Part shown: one piece after another, positions 1 to 10,300 of the stretch | How the letters are laid out: every line of letters starts with the position of its first letter | How positions within the stretch are numbered: position 1 is the stretch's first letter | DNA from: Chlorobiota bacterium | GTDB lineage: Bacteria > Bacteroidota > Ignavibacteria > Kapaibacteriales > NICIL-2 | NCBI GenBank assembly: GCA_044224515.1 | Contig: JBGAKH010000002.1 | Location: 162,151 to 226,150, forward strand | Direction: 5' to 3' | Length of the DNA stretch: 64,000 nucleotides | The notes under the pieces: model-generated | The model's database searches: none | Told to the model about the DNA's origin: nothing | The model's input: the letters and a program-made list of their open reading frames with translations, nothing else | Program-made: the position numbers and the translations under genes

Positions 1-568
1 AGACAATGCACTGCATATCACTGCCTACCAAGATTTTCATCTGGGTACTTCGCCCAAGCCAATGCTGAAAGCCCTGCGCACACTTTTTCACCAAAAGCCG
101 GAGCTGCGCTCGGTTATTCAGATTAGTATTATTGGAATAGTTCGCGAGTCACACAGGGCTCTGCTTCGCAAGTGGAAACTGAATGATGTAGTGGGCATCT
201 ATCCATTGACCGACAGAAAACACGCGTTGCACCTCGTATCGCAATCCGACGCCTTGTGGTACTCAGCTTCAGACGACAGCCCTGCGGACTCTCCCGTCAT
301 TGGAGACTATCTCGGTGCGCGTAAAGCGCTGTTGCTCACCTGTCCACCCGGACAAGTCCTAAGTTCCGCTCGCGACTATGCCCCTGTCTTCCACTCGGAA
401 CCCAAAAATGTAAAGCGTATCGTTGCACAGTTGGAGGCACTGCATGCAGCGTGGTTGTCCCGCCATCTCGAACCAACAGCCGCACAGCTCGCGAAGACAC
501 ACAGTTTGAACTACAGTACTAACCTGCGCGAGGTATCAAGACTGCTGGGCATGAATATGAAGCTCTAG
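1..568 (+). CDS. 5'-truncated ORF, open from window start (no in-frame stop in 2..61); C-terminal region resembles a helix-turn-helix (…LAKTHSLNYSTNLREVSRLLGMN…); putative transcriptional regulator C-terminus
   Basis: Reading frame 2 is open from base 2. C-terminal HTH-like segment. No AAA+ or other catalytic motif seen. Confidence 0.3.
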   Translation, partial: DNALHITAYQDFHLGTSPKPMLKALRTLFHQKPELRSVIQISIIGIVRESHRALLRKWKLNDVVGIYPLTDRKHALHLVSQSDALWYSASDDSPADSPVIGDYLGARKALLLTCPPGQVLSSARDYAPVFHSEPKNVKRIVAQLEALHAAWLSRHLEPTAAQLAKTHSLNYSTNLREVSRLLGMNMKL

Positions 569-618
569 CATGTGCCATTCAAGGTCGTACTGAATATCGG
601 CTGATTTAGTACAACCAC

Positions 619-1218
619 CTACTGCATTTGCAAATCACTGAAGGCATTGTTGCGTACAATGGCATGCACCTTCATAGGGGAGTGTGCCGGAGAACGAAGC
701 ACAAGTGCATCGCAGTTAGCAAGTGTTGAATGCCCGAGAAACAGCGGTCCACAACCAATGCGAATGCTGTAGTCGGAAGCAAACGTGCTGAGGACAATCG
801 TTTGAGATTCCTTCGACGAGAGTTTAACACTGTCGCATACCATCACCAAACGGCCATCTTCTTCCACGCGCATTCCACTCTCGCTCAGAATTACGGTGAT
901 ACCGTGTCGTGGGTCGCGACGGAAGTCGGTACGTGTCGTGCGAAACTGAATTTCCATTGTACGTTCTGCACTGAAAACAGGGGTACATTCAAATCGATAC
1001 TGAGTGCAGGCAGGGGCAACAATCACTGCAATTGTATTTGAATCCATATGCATCGCTTCATCGCTGATCTGTTCAATCACCGCGGGATATGTGGCATTCC
1101 ACACGGTTTGAGCTAAACGCGTTTTTGCATTCAGACGAAATTCATCGGGAGCATACCCGGCCACCTGACTGAGAGTGGTTGGATTTACGAAAAACGATAT
1201 CAAGAAATACCAAAACAT
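619..1218 (-). CDS. hypothetical protein (199 aa), 1-nt overlap with upstream 508-aa gene
   Basis: ORF only; co-directional and overlapping (1218) with 1218..2744. Confidence 0.35.
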   Translation of the reverse strand: MFWYFLISFFVNPTTLSQVAGYAPDEFRLNAKTRLAQTVWNATYPAVIEQISDEAMHMDSNTIAVIVAPACTQYRFECTPVFSAERTMEIQFRTTRTDFRRDPRHGITVILSESGMRVEEDGRLVMVCDSVKLSSKESQTIVLSTFASDYSIRIGCGPLFLGHSTLANCDALVLRSPAHSPMKVHAIVRNNAFSDLQMQ

Positions 1219-2744
1219 CAGCGTGCTCCATATCCGGCTTTGTTGTAGCGCAGCTCTTCCTCAAAAAAGATGCGATCGAAGAGTCCAACAGAAAGACCAA
1301 TGTATGTCGACGAAAACGCTCCCAATCCACTACCAAAGGTATTGCTGAAAAAATCGCTCGAAGTATCGAATCCATCACTTGTCACGTATCCCGCAACCAG
1401 TGAAATATTCAAGGAACGCGTAGCATACAGACTGAGGCGCGCTCCAATTTGAAACATATTATTGGGGAAGTAAGAGTACTCCATGAAGGGCTCAAGCGAA
1501 AGCTCATCGCGCATCAGAGGTTGCCAATACCCCACACGAAGAGGGAGGAGGCCAAGACCGATTGCAGTGCTCGTAATCGTTTTCGGTCCTACAACTACAC
1601 GTTGTCCGCCAACGACAACCAGATTAAACAACTCCGTACCGGCATAAAAGCGATTGTTCAAGAAGGGCAGAGCCAGTGACACCGGAGCTCCTAGTAATTG
1701 AAATCCCTGGATGGGAAAATCCTTCGCAAAGAAGGAATCGTCTTGTCCGGTTCTCAACAAACTAAACTGGAAGAGCCCGATGTTCCACCCTGAATGCGGG
1801 TGGTCTTTCCACTCTACGTCGAGCTCAGGAACACGGTTTAGAAAATCCAGCACAGAAATACCGAAGCCAAAGTAGGGAGTTACAAAACTCTGTGTGGACT
1901 TCGTTGTGTTGAATGTATTGCCCGGTGCATTGACACCTCCAACGAGTCCAAGGTAGCTTCGCAGATTAAGTCCACCGAGCGAGCCTAAGTCCAGACTACC
2001 CCCCAGATTCACATACTGAGACGGATAGAGTCCAACACCAAAAAACGGGGTGATGCTCACATAGGGAATATCTTCTCGCAGATAGTAACGTTTGCGCAAA
2101 TACAGCGGAAAGTAGCTCATCAGACTTCGCTCATTCGATGCCTCCGCATAGATGGTCTCGACTATACTCGTACCTAAAGTCCAATTTGAGGCGTCTCGAA
2201 ACCAACGAAGTCGGTACTCCAAAATTCCGAAGCGGTAAAGTCCTCCACCGAATACCGCATTCGCTTTCTCGCTGACATTCTTTGCCAACAGATCTGCGGG
2301 GTTGTAATACACACCAAAGATGCCGCATCCAATGCCCTTGTCGGCGCGCGCCGAGCCGATGAGACCTGCGCTCTCGAACAAACCGAGACGTATAAATGCG
2401 GGGTATTCGTGACGTTGAATCGAGTCGGTTTGTAACACACTACGCTGGATCTCGACCACGTGAGAGGTGGGAAACACAACGCCATTTTCAATACTCCCCG
2501 GTGCATTGCGCTTGGAGTGCTGTATCGTTGTGTCTTCAATTGTACGCGTGTACACATCATCGACAGTACGAGTCATGATGAAACTACAGCTTTGCATCAA
2601 CAGCGCGCCGAGACACAAGCAGACTAGACCAAAGATTCTGAGTACGTTCAATCGCCAACCTTTCGTGTTGATGCGGTAAAAATAGGAAGCTGAGGCCGTC
2701 TTACCGCGCCTCAGCTTCCACTTCTTTGTTGTGGCCTTGCTCAC
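1218..2744 (-). CDS. putative outer-membrane beta-barrel-like protein / lipoprotein (508 aa)
   Basis: N-terminal signal with …LLMQSC… lipobox-like Cys. Gly/aromatic-rich alternating pattern typical of OM beta-strands. No enzymatic motif recognised. Confidence 0.45.
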   Translation of the reverse strand: MSKATTKKWKLRRGKTASASYFYRINTKGWRLNVLRIFGLVCLCLGALLMQSCSFIMTRTVDDVYTRTIEDTTIQHSKRNAPGSIENGVVFPTSHVVEIQRSVLQTDSIQRHEYPAFIRLGLFESAGLIGSARADKGIGCGIFGVYYNPADLLAKNVSEKANAVFGGGLYRFGILEYRLRWFRDASNWTLGTSIVETIYAEASNERSLMSYFPLYLRKRYYLREDIPYVSITPFFGVGLYPSQYVNLGGSLDLGSLGGLNLRSYLGLVGGVNAPGNTFNTTKSTQSFVTPYFGFGISVLDFLNRVPELDVEWKDHPHSGWNIGLFQFSLLRTGQDDSFFAKDFPIQGFQLLGAPVSLALPFLNNRFYAGTELFNLVVVGGQRVVVGPKTITSTAIGLGLLPLRVGYWQPLMRDELSLEPFMEYSYFPNNMFQIGARLSLYATRSLNISLVAGYVTSDGFDTSSDFFSNTFGSGLGAFSSTYIGLSVGLFDRIFFEEELRYNKAGYGAR

Positions 2745-3994
2745 GCAAGGCCTACAGAGCCCTCCGCACTCTCGTTGTCCGCCCGCTCTTCAGTAACATT
2801 CTCCGTTCCACTTTCTTCATGGTGCCAGAGAAAGAGCGCTAAGCCGGCCGCGCTATACAGTATCGCGCAGCCGGCAAGAGCCGTCGCCTGCGAATACGAG
2901 TCGGCAATCCACCCACTGAGTGGTCCTGTAACGCAAAACACGGCTCTGGTAACCAACTGTCGAATACTCAACACCGTTGCTCGCCGGTCGCTCGGTACCA
3001 AACGGTTGATGTAGGTATTGAAGATCGGGTTGTTGATACCACGCACGGCATAGAAACACAAGAGTATCGGCAGAGACCACAAGGATGCCCAGCCTGCACT
3101 TCCAAGAAATCCAAAAACCAACAAGGCCATCATCAATCCTATGACTACGCGTTCAGGCAGACTTCGTTCTATCCTGTGAGCATTCATAGAGAACAATCCG
3201 ACACTGAGATTGAACAATGTCCACGCAACACCGAAGTACCGCACATCCAACGATGCACGTTGAAAGTAGGGCTGCACGAACCACACCATCGTCAGTGTAC
3301 CTGAACCGATGACTCCGGAAAAGACAAGGAGCCAGCGTAAGCGCTTGTTGCGTATCAACGCACTGTGTGAGATCTCAAGAATGGCTCGAAAACTTCCCTG
3401 TGTTGGACGGAAGCGTTGACGCGACGGCTCAACCAAAGACCAAGCCAAAGGAATCATCACAGCCGTCGCCAGCACTTGAGCATAGAGTGGCGTGCGGAGC
3501 GACACCGCAGTCAGAAAACCGGCGAGAACACCGGCAACACTCTCCGCAAAATTTGAATACGAAAGTTGACGTCCCTCGGTTTGTACGGATCGCTCGGCAG
3601 CACCCAGTTCGCTCAAGGTGTCGAAGAGCATGGCACTATCGGTTCCTGAGATAAAACTGACGCCAACGCCAAGCACGAGCTCTGAAAGCAAGATCATCGC
3701 AAATCCATTGGACACCGTATACAGTGCAAAACCAAGTGTGCTACATATGGTTCCCAAAATGAGGGTACGACGTCGTCCGAGCACGTCTGAAAAGTACCCT
3801 GATGGAATCTCAAAGAGCACGGTCGTTGCTGAAAACACGGCTTGTGTAATCATGATATCGCGCATGCTCAGTCCCACAGACTGATAAAACACCACAATGA
3901 CCGGCATCATGATGACAAATCCTTTAAAGAACTGGAATACAGCCAACGCTTTCAGATTGTACTCCAAACTGCGATGTGCTTTCACGATACTCAT
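2741..3994 (-). CDS. MFS family transporter (417 aa)
   Basis: Multiple TM helices. MFS-like loop motif …GYFSDVLGRRRTLILG… between TM2-3 (G-x-x-x-D-R/K-x-G-R-R). Confidence 0.75.
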   Translation of the reverse strand: MSIVKAHRSLEYNLKALAVFQFFKGFVIMMPVIVVFYQSVGLSMRDIMITQAVFSATTVLFEIPSGYFSDVLGRRRTLILGTICSTLGFALYTVSNGFAMILLSELVLGVGVSFISGTDSAMLFDTLSELGAAERSVQTEGRQLSYSNFAESVAGVLAGFLTAVSLRTPLYAQVLATAVMIPLAWSLVEPSRQRFRPTQGSFRAILEISHSALIRNKRLRWLLVFSGVIGSGTLTMVWFVQPYFQRASLDVRYFGVAWTLFNLSVGLFSMNAHRIERSLPERVVIGLMMALLVFGFLGSAGWASLWSLPILLCFYAVRGINNPIFNTYINRLVPSDRRATVLSIRQLVTRAVFCVTGPLSGWIADSYSQATALAGCAILYSAAGLALFLWHHEESGTENVTEERADNESAEGSVGLA

Positions 3995-4265
3995 GTTCGT
4001 CGCCTCCGTCGCATATCTACCTCTTCTCGATAATGATTAAAAAAAGATGGTTCCGAGCGTGACAACATCACGCTTCGGACACGCTCTCACTCTCACACAG
4101 GTTGCACTCGCAGCCCGATCTCGATCGTCGATCTGTGGATCTCTGGCATCTCGTTAACATGTTGACTTCGTTCTGCGTGTCGCTCGCAAAGTCAGACTTC
4201 ATCATGAGTGGCTCCAACGACTCCAACTCGCTACGAAAGCCCGGCTCACAACCCTGTCAAACAAT

Positions 4266-4304
4266 AAAAAACCCCGCAGATCAAATGATGCTGCGGGGTT
4301 TTTC
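4266..4304. terminator. bidirectional rho-independent terminator-like hairpin (CCCCGCAG…CTGCGGGG flanked by A-run and T-run)
   Basis: 8-bp GC-rich stem 4272..4279/4291..4298, loop 11 nt, T5 downstream, A5 upstream. Confidence 0.55.
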
Positions 4305-4319
4305 TTAGTTCACTATTCG

Positions 4320-4333
4320 GCTAGTATACTAGC
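4320..4333. repeat. perfect 14-bp palindrome GCTAGTATACTAGC immediately 3' of the terminator hairpin; candidate operator site
   Basis: Sequence is its own reverse complement. Confidence 0.6.
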
Positions 4334-4770
4334 ACTTTCTGAACCCCACAGCTTTCTTCATAATACAATTAAACACAAGCGCACACCACGGCTTGGCGGC
4401 TACGTTCGGTTGCACGAGCGCTCCATGCTGCATTGACATAGTGTCTTGTAGCATGCTCACGAAATTGATGGGTGTTGAACTGTTCATGTGAAAAATGGGT
4501 CGATCAGATGCGTCTTTATGGAGTGTACTTCGACACCCTTGCTTGCAAGACGCTGCGTACAAGTATAGTGTTTTCATAGTCGTTTTGCAAATGTCATGCC
4601 GCTTCACGCTCGCAATAGCACCGAATACGACACTTCAATTCGTCTCTGCCGGACACGTGCTATTGCTGCGCTTTGGACGCTCTATGCGTCTCAATCGTAG
4701 AGAATCACGCCTATACACGCTTATTCGAGTGGATGCACTCTGTACTTCGCCAGACTCAATGCGTCTCAAC

Positions 4771-5295
4771 TTAAAGCAACAGTACCCCTTCGTGCCGCAG
4801 CAGCCACTGTTTACGGGCAAGTCCACCATTGTATCCACGCATTGCTCCGTCCGAGCCAATCACACGGTGACAGGGGATAATGATGGCAACCGGGTTCTTA
4901 CCATTGGCGGAAGCGATGGCGCGAACGCCGAGAACGTCTCCGCAGTCGCGAGCAAATTCGGTATAGGTTTTCGTGAATCCGAACGGTATCTCACTCAGCT
5001 TGCGCCACACACCGAGCTGAAAACTAGTTCCTTCGAGATCGAAGGCAAGATCGAAGGACTCTCGTTTTGCGTCGAAGTATTCACTCAGCTGTTGCGTGAC
5101 TGACTGCATGTGTGTGAACTGAGCTGCCGATTGTGAGGGCAATGGAGCATGGGGAAGACGATGCAACACACCCGGGATCGTGTCGTGATATTGTAATGAC
5201 CTCAGCCCCCGATCACTCACGCATAAACGCAGTGTACCCAGGGGCGAAGGAATATCCAATTCGGAAAGGGAGGCGTCAAATTCGTCCAGCAGCAT
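4771..5295 (-). CDS. ogt: methylated-DNA--protein-cysteine S-methyltransferase (174 aa)
   Basis: Active-site motif PCHRV (…IPCHRVIGSDGAMRGYNGGLARKQWLLRHEG…) characteristic of the Ogt/MGMT family. Confidence 0.85.
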   Translation of the reverse strand: MLLDEFDASLSELDIPSPLGTLRLCVSDRGLRSLQYHDTIPGVLHRLPHAPLPSQSAAQFTHMQSVTQQLSEYFDAKRESFDLAFDLEGTSFQLGVWRKLSEIPFGFTKTYTEFARDCGDVLGVRAIASANGKNPVAIIIPCHRVIGSDGAMRGYNGGLARKQWLLRHEGVLLL

Positions 5296-5297
5296 TC

Positions 5298-6704
5298 TTA
5301 CTTCAGGTTCAGTCCAGCCTCGAGAAGTTCATTGACGATTTTGAGAGACGCTGCCTCGGAATAGAAACGAATAAGAGGCTCAGTACCTGAGGCACGGATG
5401 AGGAGCCAAGCACCATCATCCATAATGAACTTAAATCCGTCTTTCGTCAGTATGCTACTCACGTTGTATTTGCCTAGCTTCTTGGGCATCTTGGCGCAGG
5501 CACTCATGATTTGTTGTTTTTGTTGCTCGGTCACCATGACGTCGCGACGGCGATAGCGATGCGGACCAAACTCTTCGTCGAGCTCTGCCACGAGCTGCGA
5601 CAAACTCTTTCCGCGCTTAGCCATCATTTCCATCAAGAGCAGACCATTGAACAATCCGTCTCGTTCAGGAATGTGAAGCGATGTACCGAGTCCACCGGAC
5701 TCCTCTCCACCAATAATCACATTGATTTCCGTCATCAACTTAGCCGTGTACTTAAAGCCCACCGGTGTCTCGTACAACTCAATGTTGTGTTTGGCGCAAT
5801 AAGCATTCACCATGCTCGTGAGAGACACCGTCTTTACAACGGCACCGCGTTTTTTCTTGTCTTCATAGAGATACTTTAGCAAAAGCATAAAGATGCGATG
5901 TGAATCAACAAAGTTGCCTTTGTTGTCTATTGCTCCTACGCGGTCTGCATCTCCGTCTGTGGCAATGCACACATCAAACTTACCCTTCTTCATGATGCTC
6001 ATTGCGGGCTCAAGGCACTCCGCGATGGGCTCAGGATGATCAACCTCACCAAAGGAAGGGTTGTATTCGCTGTGGATGTCTTTCACATTCTTAACCAACT
6101 GCTGCATTTGCCCAATTCCAGCCCCGTGCATCGGATCTGAAAGGATGCGAAGTGAAGAATCATTGATGGCGTCGATGTTGATCTTCTTTCTCAAATGACG
6201 AAAGTAGGCGTCTTTGGCATCGAAGGGTTTGATGAGGCGTAAGCCGCTGACATATTCATCATAACTCTTCAGCTTGAGCGTCGGCGCGCCTGCAGCTTCT
6301 ATTTTTCGGAGCTCTTTCTCAACATCGGCAATGATTTCAGGTGTCGCCGGTCCGCCATACTTTCCTTTCAGTTTGAATCCATTGTACATAGGCGGATTGT
6401 GCGATGCGGTAATCACGATTCCAAGTGTGGCTGCACGTTGTTTTGTGTGAAAGGATACCATCGGTGTCGATGAAACCGCATTCGTGATATGCACCACAAT
6501 TCCCTTTGAAGCGAGGATACGCGCTGCTTCTTGGGCAAAGGTTCCCGACATGAAACGCGTATCATATCCAATAACAACTGTCGGTGATTTTTTGTCTACT
6601 TTCTTGACGTAGGCTGCAACAGCCAACGAGACGAGTGTAAGATTGTCAAAGGTGAAATCGCGCGCAATGACGCCACGCCACCCATCGGTTCCAAAAACGA
6701 TCAT
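5298..6704 (-). CDS. alpha-D-phosphohexomutase family (phosphoglucomutase/phosphomannomutase), start moved to internal Met (MIVFGTDGWRG…)
   Basis: GTDGWRG N-terminal motif, active-site Ser loop TASHNP, metal-binding loop DGDADR. ORF track extends 31 codons further upstream (to 6797). Confidence 0.85.
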   Translation of the reverse strand: MIVFGTDGWRGVIARDFTFDNLTLVSLAVAAYVKKVDKKSPTVVIGYDTRFMSGTFAQEAARILASKGIVVHITNAVSSTPMVSFHTKQRAATLGIVITASHNPPMYNGFKLKGKYGGPATPEIIADVEKELRKIEAAGAPTLKLKSYDEYVSGLRLIKPFDAKDAYFRHLRKKINIDAINDSSLRILSDPMHGAGIGQMQQLVKNVKDIHSEYNPSFGEVDHPEPIAECLEPAMSIMKKGKFDVCIATDGDADRVGAIDNKGNFVDSHRIFMLLLKYLYEDKKKRGAVVKTVSLTSMVNAYCAKHNIELYETPVGFKYTAKLMTEINVIIGGEESGGLGTSLHIPERDGLFNGLLLMEMMAKRGKSLSQLVAELDEEFGPHRYRRRDVMVTEQQKQQIMSACAKMPKKLGKYNVSSILTKDGFKFIMDDGAWLLIRASGTEPLIRFYSEAASLKIVNELLEAGLNLK

Positions 6705-7073
6705 AAAGGCTCCGTCAAAAAAACAATTGGTGAATGACCAACCTCCATCTGCTGCTGATGTCGGTTGAAGAGGTTTTGCTGCTTTTGGCAGACACATTCT
6801 GTGCGTCGCAACGCAACGGTACTTCCCTGAACATACGAGAAAAATGGCTTCAAAGCAAGATTCGAGGGCAACTCGGAGCTGATTTAGCTCATGACATCAC
6901 CGTGAATGCACAGGTTTAATGAGGCACAACGCTCTCACATACTACAATCCCCGGCTTGAGAATTCAACTGCCACAAACAGCAATGGCTGCCCCATGGGCA
7001 GCCATTGCTTATACGGATCTATACCAATGTTCAAACGTCGATCAATATCTATCGACACCGAGATTCATCCTAT

Positions 7074-8216
7074 CTAGCAGTATTCGTAAGGATGCGAAGC
7101 CACGACTTCGATCTTCGTCTTCACAAGCTTGTCGATACTGCGCAGATAGGGCAGTTCATCCAAGGTGCAAAACGACAGAGCGATGCCTTCCTTGCCGGCA
7201 CGACCAGTACGACCAATGCGGTGCACATAGGTTTCCGGAGCCTCGGGAATTTCGTAATTGATCACGTGGCTAAGGCGGTCGATATCAATTCCACGCGACG
7301 CGATGTCGGTAGCAACCAACACGCGCAAGGATTTGTCCTTAAACTTCCGCAAGGCTTGATCACGAGCTGACTGAGACTTATCACCGTGAATGGCTTCCGC
7401 CGGAATTCCACTGCGGTGCAAGTCACGCGCCACGCGGTCTGCTCCGCGTTTTGTGCGGGTGAACACAAGTACGTGCTCAATATTGTGTTCATCGAGGACA
7501 TGCTTGAGCAAGTGACGCTTGTTCTCTTTCTCAACGTAAAACACAGACTGCTTCACAAGATGCGGAGTACGAGCACTGTTCTCAGGCGTCACATCGATGT
7601 GAATCGGATCCTTGAGCAACTGGTTCACAAGACGACGAATCTCGGGCGGAATAGTAGCCGAGAAAAACAAGGTCTGACGTTTGGTCGGCAGCTTGGTAAA
7701 AATGGCTCGCATGGGAACAATGAAACCCATGTCCAACATGCGGTCGGCTTCATCCAAGACCAAATACTCGACTTCGCGCAAGCTTACAATACCCTGATCC
7801 ATGAGATCGATGAGGCGTCCCGGTGTCGCCACCAAAATGTCCACACCACGCTTAAGCGCTTTGACTTGGTGGAACTGCGAAACACCTCCATACACCGCCG
7901 TGCTGCGCACATTGAGGTACGATGAGTACATGCTGATGTTGTCAACGATCTGTACTGCGAGCTCACGTGTCGGAGCTAAAATCAATGCTTTGATTGAACG
8001 CTGCTTGGCGGACTCCGCTCGTTGTGACAGCGCGTGAAGAATGGGAAGCGCAAAGGCAGCCGTTTTTCCGGTTCCTGTTTGTGCGCATCCAAAAATGTCA
8101 CGGCCTGCTAAAACATGCGGGATCGCCTGTTGTTGAATAGCAGTGGCGCGTGAATACCCGGCATCAACGAGCGCACGCAAAATGGCCTCGTTGATCCCTA
8201 ACTGATCAAAATTCAT
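7074..8216 (-). CDS. DEAD-box ATP-dependent RNA helicase (start at internal Met MNFDQLGI…)
   Basis: Q-motif region, motif I AQTGTGKT, motif II VLDEAD, SAT, HRIGRTGRAG. Confidence 0.9.
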   Translation of the reverse strand: MNFDQLGINEAILRALVDAGYSRATAIQQQAIPHVLAGRDIFGCAQTGTGKTAAFALPILHALSQRAESAKQRSIKALILAPTRELAVQIVDNISMYSSYLNVRSTAVYGGVSQFHQVKALKRGVDILVATPGRLIDLMDQGIVSLREVEYLVLDEADRMLDMGFIVPMRAIFTKLPTKRQTLFFSATIPPEIRRLVNQLLKDPIHIDVTPENSARTPHLVKQSVFYVEKENKRHLLKHVLDEHNIEHVLVFTRTKRGADRVARDLHRSGIPAEAIHGDKSQSARDQALRKFKDKSLRVLVATDIASRGIDIDRLSHVINYEIPEAPETYVHRIGRTGRAGKEGIALSFCTLDELPYLRSIDKLVKTKIEVVASHPYEYC

Positions 8217-8780
8217 AAAAGAAACTAAAATGGAACAATCTGTCGGCCCTGGTATAGGGCTCGCGTAGCACATGTGCTGGATCTCGTTCTCTCAAATCCT
8301 GGTAGGCGAAGGTGAAGTTCGAAGCGGTCTTCACGAAATGCGGACGTCTTCATTTACGTCCGGCTCTGTTTGCCAATGTAATAGTGTCGAGAATCGAGGT
8401 GCAATTGAAGGGAAATGCGACCGAAACGCGGGACTATGGATCCGAAATACGATACAAATGTACGACAGTCTAAGCACTTACAGGCAAATATCTTGCCGAA
8501 TTTACGAGCCTGCAGTGAACCCCGGATTTTGTCTACTCCGGAAGGCTTAGCGTCTCTCTTCACAGACGTTCTACTGCCTCTAATGGTGTTTTTTGCTCAA
8601 CAGCTAAGGGTAGACCGATAGCGCCGCTTCTCGTGAGACTCATCACCGAAGGCCGCTTCCTGTTGATGATTGCCAAAAATGTCGTTTTACTAGCCTATTT
8701 TAGGCCGGCTAACTCGTTTCACCAGTGTGCACAGAGCACGAGCATTAGGTATGGGCTCACAAGCATCTCGGATTTACACC

Positions 8781-9107
8781 ATGAAAGTTTCAGGCGTTTA
8801 CCCTCTGTACGTGCAAAAAGCGCAGAAGAAGGGTCGCACGCAGCAGGAAGTTGACGCCATTATTTTCTGGCTTACGGGCTATGACCAAGTCTCACTACAA
8901 GGTCAATTGGCGTCGCAGGTCGACTTCCAACAGTTCTTTGCGGAAGCGCCGAAGTTCAATCCTTTGGCATCGAAGATTAGCGGAGTGATTTGTGGCTATC
9001 GTGTGGAGGACATCGAAGACCCTCTCGTTCAGAAGGTTCGATATCTTGACAAGCTCATCGATGAGCTCGCAAAAGGTAAAGCGATGGAGAAAATTCTACG
9101 GAGCTAA
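8781..9107 (+). CDS. DUF2200-like small protein (start at internal Met [14 protein letters not shown]…)
   Basis: Resembles DUF2200 family N-terminus (…[15 protein letters not shown]…WLTGY…); recalled from memory. Confidence 0.5.
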   Translation: MKVSGVYPLYVQKAQKKGRTQQEVDAIIFWLTGYDQVSLQGQLASQVDFQQFFAEAPKFNPLASKISGVICGYRVEDIEDPLVQKVRYLDKLIDELAKGKAMEKILRS

Positions 9108-9252
9108 GGCTGCACAACGAGGAAGTTTCATCAACCACGTGCGTAATTCAATTCACCATGCACGGTCCGAAGCGCCCGTGTCGTCTTCATCAATCTCCTG
9201 TTTTGTAACACACGAACATCCTGCATTTCGATAACGATTCAGCTCATCGTCT

Positions 9253-9837
9253 ATGCTTTCCTCCACAATCCTGCATGCTCTCCTCAGTTGTCTTGCGCTG
9301 GCATGCTTGAGTGCATGGCGTAGCACACTTGGTCTGCTTGCTCTACTTGCAACACAACGCTATTGGCAGTATCCGCTGGGTATCAGACCGGCAGAACCTC
9401 TGTCAACCATTCTTCTGTTTTTGTGCATTGTCGTGCTGATCATTGAGAGCTTTCGATGGCAATGGCATGCGGTCGAGTGGTTGCGACTCCATGGCAGCAC
9501 CTTCATAGCGTACCCGGCAGCAGCCTACATTGTGTGGCAATCATTGATGAGTTCTGCAAGCGGAACCTTTAGCGCATCATGGGATTTGCAGGATTCTTCC
9601 GCGGTCTTGCTGCTTATCGTCGCAATAGTGAGCACTGCCATTCCGATAGGTATACTGCGCACTGCATGGACACATCGTGAACTATTTCGTACGGTACAAC
9701 CCTGGCTTGTGAGTCTGTGTACTCTGTTAGCATGCGTGCCTGCACTTTATCTTCCATACCTCAGCGCCTCTATGCTAGCGGTACTGTGCATCGAATCGAT
9801 GTTTCATCTCGGAGCAGTGGCTCGACGAGCGCATTAG
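9253..9837 (+). CDS. hypothetical polytopic membrane protein (194 aa)
   Basis: 5-6 hydrophobic helices; no motif recognised. Confidence 0.45.
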   Translation: MLSSTILHALLSCLALACLSAWRSTLGLLALLATQRYWQYPLGIRPAEPLSTILLFLCIVVLIIESFRWQWHAVEWLRLHGSTFIAYPAAAYIVWQSLMSSASGTFSASWDLQDSSAVLLLIVAIVSTAIPIGILRTAWTHRELFRTVQPWLVSLCTLLACVPALYLPYLSASMLAVLCIESMFHLGAVARRAH

Positions 9838-10262
9838 TTGTTCTTTGCTCCTTCGAGAACCCAGCGACTGATACCTTTCTTGTGGTTCTCGGTAACGGTA
9901 TTGCTGATGGAGTAACTGTGTGCCAGTTTACCCGTCACAACTTGGACAAGTTTGGAGTTTTCAGGCTTGAAGGGTACTACCATTCCCGGCGAACCGGTCA
10001 GAATGGAGAAGTATGAATCCAGAGGTGCTGAGTTGTTTGCCGCATGACATCCGGTGAAGGCACAGCCTAAAGCCATCAAAGGTTGTACCGAAGCAGAGTA
10101 AGACACATTGGAATCGGGGAAGATGACGTCTTGGGGTCGGGTGTAACTGTCTGTGGTACACGAACTACACGACATCGTTGCTACCATCAGGACGCAGAAC
10201 AAGCCGGCGCGCGCGAAGCGCGAGCATAGTGAAAGGTTATAGGACGACAAGGTGTGAAGCAT
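9834..10262 (-). CDS. lipoprotein with a CAFTGCH (Cx4CH) module paralogous to the PSCyt-like modules of 44220..45122
   Basis: Signal peptide + Cys cluster (…MSCSSC…). Motif …LMALGCAFTGCHAANNSAPLDSYFSILTGSPG… aligns with …LNSNCAMSGCHDASAAGGFKLTTAAGVLKG…. Confidence 0.5.
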   Translation of the reverse strand: MLHTLSSYNLSLCSRFARAGLFCVLMVATMSCSSCTTDSYTRPQDVIFPDSNVSYSASVQPLMALGCAFTGCHAANNSAPLDSYFSILTGSPGMVVPFKPENSKLVQVVTGKLAHSYSISNTVTENHKKGISRWVLEGAKNN

Positions 10263-10300
10263 TGGACTTCGGTGCCAGTTGAATGCGTGAAAGGTCGCTC

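Noticed and set aside
4495-5103. 202-aa plus-strand ORF
   Set aside because: Lies antisense to ogt (PCHRV motif on minus strand) and has no motifs; typical shadow ORF.
8530-8560. SRP-RNA-like CCGGAAGG segment in the helicase/DUF2200 intergenic region
   Set aside because: Lacks the GGAAGCAGCC core and flanking helices of 4.5S RNA.
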